Assembly: GCF_009914755.1 (NCBI RefSeq)
Contig: NC_060933.1
Source of the DNA: the human T2T-CHM13v2.0 reference genome, Homo sapiens
Strand: one strand, 5' to 3'
Length of the DNA: 64,000 bases
Shown here: in pieces, positions 59,939-64,000 of the stretch
How the letters are laid out: every line of letters begins with the position of its first letter
How positions within the stretch are numbered: position 1 is the first letter of the stretch
Notes under the pieces: model-generated
What the model saw: only the letters and a program-made list of their open reading frames with translations
Databases searched by the model: none
Told to the model about the DNA's origin: nothing
Program-made: the position numbers and the translations under genes

Positions 59939-60442
59939 TCAAGATAAAATTCTTAAAAAGAAATCCAAGTTCCAGAAGTGGAATGCGGGACTCTTAAGCC
60001 CTTTCTTATAACCTGCACAAGTGACTGGATGTATTAAACTACCACAGTTCCTTGCAATATTCTTTACTTCCAGCCAACTCATCTGTGACTGCTGGAAGGA
60101 TAAGTGTATTGTGTGAGTTGCCTAATCCAAATGTCTCTGAGTTGCTAGGTTTAGGCCAAGATGTTCCAATAAAAATGAAGGCAGGCTCCCAGTCTTTGCC
60201 TAAAGCTGATTCAAATCACATCTACTTAGAATGAATTATCTTCACAATATTTTCTTTGGGGACTTCTCTGGTTGTAATAAAGATAAACAAAAGCTGCTTA
60301 TCAACATTTCCAGTTAGAGAAAAACGAAAATTTTAAGTAAAATAAATATATGTGAGAACAGTATTTCCAACTTCATTGAATTTCTTTAAGGATCTGGTAG
60401 AGATGGAAGAATAGATTGACTGTTAAGAAAACAGAGCTAACG

Positions 60443-60767
<325 letters not shown>

Positions 60768-60848
60768 TTAAAATGTTTATTGTTTATTCATCCTAAACTA
60801 CTAACTCTCTTTAGGGTATGCAAAAATTGACTCCCCACCTTCCATTTA

Positions 60849-61157
60849 TTTATTTATTTAATTAATTTTATTTTTGAGACGGAGTCTTACTCTGTTGCCT
60901 AGGCTGGAGTGCAGTGGTGCCATCTCAGCTCACTGCAACCTCTGCCCCCTGAGTTCAAGTGATTCTCCTGCCTCACCCTCCTGAGAAGCTGGGATTACAT
61001 GCACCTGCCACCATGCCTGGCTAATTTTTATATTTTTAGTAGAGACGCGGTTTCACCATGTTGGCCAGGATGGTCTTGAACTCCCGATCTCAGGTGATCT
61101 GCACGCCTCGGCCTCCCAAAGTGCTGGGATTACAGGCATGAGCCACTGCGCCTGGCC
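60849..61157 (-). mobile_element. AluSx/Sz
   Basis: Full dimer; TSD cccaccttccattta (60834-60848 / 61158-61172). Confidence 0.93.
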
Positions 61158-61348
61158 CCCACCTTCCATTTAATCCAATCTTTGGAGGAATCAAATTAAG
61201 GGGATGACAGTGGTGCAACGATTTTTCCTAGATATGAAGGAACTCATGTGCAGGCCAGCAAAAGAAGATAGAGGGAAATGTATCTGATCATACTAACAAG
61301 AAATACATAACAAAATGTGATGAAATAGTCAAAGGCTTTCAAGTCTAC

Positions 61349-62245
61349 TGTGTTGGAGACTGGTAGTTGCCTCACCAATCTATATTCTTCCATTTGAAAA
61401 AAAATCACTTAAGCAATAGAATCTCCTGAGTTTTATCTGAGTGGCTGTCCAGTGGAGACTGCATTTCCCAGCCTTCCTTGCAGCTAGGTGTGATCTCATG
61501 ACTAAGTTTGGCTAATGAGTAGTGTACAGAAGGGTCATGTCCTCAAAAGGAAGCTGCTTGCTCTTCACTTTCTCTTTTCCCCTTCCCAAGGACTGGAACA
61601 TAGACATGGTGGTGGTTCATTACTGACCATGTGGATTAGAACAACACCTAGTGGATAGTGAAAAGAAAGAAGACACTTGGATCATGGATCACCTTGTGGA
61701 ATGACACTATCCCACAACCCTGGACTGCCTACCAGTCTGCATGTTTATGAAAGAGGTGGTTTCACGGAGTGCCTTGCTAATCGAGTGTGGTGTTTAGACC
61801 AGCAGCGGCACCCGGGAACTTATTAGAAATGCAGAATCCCAGACCCATCCACTGAATTGTATAATTCGCATTTAAAAAACATCTCCTGACAATTCATATA
61901 CACATTGGAAGTTGACGAGCATGGCTATAGTGGTTAAAAGGATAGATTCTGGTGCCAGAGCCTGGGTTCAAATCCAAATCTGTGACTTAATTAGTTGTGT
62001 CTCTTTGGGCAAATTATTAAAATTCTATGTGGCTCAGCTTTCTTATCTGTAAATTAAGGATATTAATAATAACTTCCTTATAGGGTTGTTGTAAGAATTA
62101 TATCAGGTAATATAAGTAAATATATAAAGCTATCAGTTGGTATAAAGCTATAGAAGAGTTTGCTATTATTTTTATTACAAAAAAACTTCTATCTTGTTTA
62201 AGCTATTTGGTCTCTGATAAAGCTGTCAGACTTACAGATTTATTA
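61349..62245 (+). mobile_element. MLT1 LTR interrupted by MIR and MER5 (~61755-62180)
   Basis: gactgcatttcccagccttccttgcagctagg...cctggactgcctacc, resuming at aaacttctatcttgtttaagc ~62183. Confidence 0.7.
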
Positions 62246-62815
62246 TAAAATCTGTCCAGGGCCAGCAAGGTTTTTGCATAATAGAGAGACTTTGTAACCA
62301 CAGGAAATCTGCAAACTAACATTTTAATAAATCCATCCACTGTTAAAATAATAGGTCTGGGTGAAGATTTGGAGAAGGGTAGAAATTGTGTCAAGTCTTA
62401 TAACAACCACGTATCTTGGCACTTTCAGGATAACCTTTGCAGTAACATGTATTCATATTCGATGAACATTTATTAAGCATATACTTATGTGTCAGGCATT
62501 TTCCTAGGTACTTGGGATGTATCAGTAAAGAAAACTGACAAAAATCACCCCCCTCATGAAGTTCATATTCTACTGCAAGTGTGGGAAGTGGTCTGGAGAT
62601 GGGGAGTATCCATCAAGTTTAGATTTCATTATCAGGTTGTGGCTCAGACTATGTTTCCTAATTACTAGCTTGGAAAATGTAAATATCATAACAAAAGGAA
62701 GTGAAAAATAGATTGAAACATCCCGGAGCCTATGAGATTGTGGTTACTATAAAATCTGTCCAGGGCCAGAAAGGTTTTTGCAAAATGGAGAGACTTTGTG
62801 ACCACAGGAAATCTG
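62244..62815 (+). repeat. 68-bp dispersed direct repeat (62244-62311 and 62748-62815)
   Basis: tataaaatctgtccagggccag(c/a)aaggtttttgca(t/a)aat(a/g)gagagactttgt(a/g)accacaggaaatctg; 4 mismatches. Confidence 0.92.
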
Positions 62816-63034
62816 TATTCCAAAGCAAGTCAGAAGCACATCTGACATCAAAGGTTCTACCAACTGTAGAGCTGGGATGTTCTCCAGTTAAGTTCTCTGG
62901 ATGATCTTACACATTGCTGAAGAGCAGGTAAGGGGCTCCTCCATCAGGCCTTTGATGAGTTCCCGCCAGGAAGTATCACTTCATCATTAAGAGGTTTGGC
63001 CATAATGGGAACTTACTTCATAGAACTTTTGGGG

Positions 63035-63089
63035 AAGTGTCCAAATCTTCCACCAATTTCTTTAAGATTGTATTGTTGTTTTTCTTAAG

Positions 63090-63128
<39 letters not shown>

Positions 63129-64000
63129 AACATATTCTGGATATTTTTTTCAAACCTGTGACTTAGCTTCTCATTTTCTTAACAGTGTCTTTAGAAGAGG
63201 AAAAGTTTTTTATTTTTACAAAGTCCAACTTACCAATTGTTTCTTTTATGGCTTAGTGTTCGTACGTATATATGTTCTAAGAAATATTTGCTTAACCTAA
63301 TGTCACAAAGGATATTTTCCCCCCTTTTTCTCTAGAATATTTACAGTTTTAGTTCTTATATTTAGGTCTATGGCACATTTTGAATTAATTTTTGTGTAAT
63401 GTTTGAGGTAAGGTCAAGATTTATTTTTTTTTCTATACAGATATCCGGTGTCTGGTGCAGTTTGTTAAAAGACACTATCGTTTTTCCATTGAATTGCCTT
63501 GTTAATTGGCCATAAAAAGATTTATGTCTGAAGTCTATTCTGTTCCACTGATTTTTATATTTATACTTAAAACAATATCACAGAATCTGGATTATTGTGG
63601 CTTTGTAAATCAAGAAATTAGGTAGTATAAATCCTCCAAACTTAGTCTTTCACAAAATTGTCATGATTATTCTCGTTCCTTTACCATTTGATATAAATTT
63701 TAGAATTTTCTCATCAATTTCATCTCTTACAACCTCACAAGGATTTTAATTGGGGTTACAATGAATCTATGGATCAATTTAAGGAGAACTGACATTTTTA
63801 CAATGTTGAGTTTTCTAATCCATGAGCATGATTTATCTCCATTTATGTAGGTATTTAATTTCCTTTGGCAATGTTTTGTAGTTAAGTGTGCAAGTCTTGC
63901 AGAATTTTGTTAAATTTATTCCCAAGTATTTTATTTTTGATGCTATTATAAATGGAGTTGCTTTTAAATCTTAATTTCTAAATTATTTATTGATGGTATA
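63035..64000 (-). mobile_element. Old L1M ORF2-derived fragment with (TG)n at 63091-63124; runs off the window
   Basis: tatttaggtctatggcacattttgaattaatttttgtg; gatcaatttaaggagaactgacatttttacaatgttgag. Confidence 0.85.

Overview
Primate, very likely human, genomic DNA: a near-consensus AluYd8-type element is present. The window is AT-rich, dominated by repeats, and contains no intact protein-coding gene that I can support. Contents: (1) a minus-strand retrocopy of the CLK3 terminal exon with 3'UTR, AATAAA and poly(A) tail (~7398-7851), which appears to carry the upstream intron acceptor rather than the spliced exon junction; (2) a 3.6 kb 5'-truncated, disabled L1PA inside an ERV1 (MER34-group) LTR, and a second, inverted L1PA fragment with a miniature twin-priming inversion; (3) eleven Alu/FLAM/FRAM copies, MaLR and ERV solo LTRs, Tigger3, MER5 and MER81 DNA transposons, and many L2/MIR relics; (4) two unique-sequence regulatory hubs, one at ~37.9-39.2 kb (CTCF core plus upstream motif, AP-1, CCAAT, minus-strand splice donor) and a CpG island at ~46.1-46.85 kb with GC boxes and plus-strand splice signals, suggesting non-coding or 5'UTR exons. 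The most speculative idea is that the CLK3 retrocopy acts as a ready-made terminal exon for a minus-strand transcript from the 38 kb hub. Repeat subfamily names are recalled from consensus sequences, and boundaries of old repeats are approximate. I cannot name the locus.
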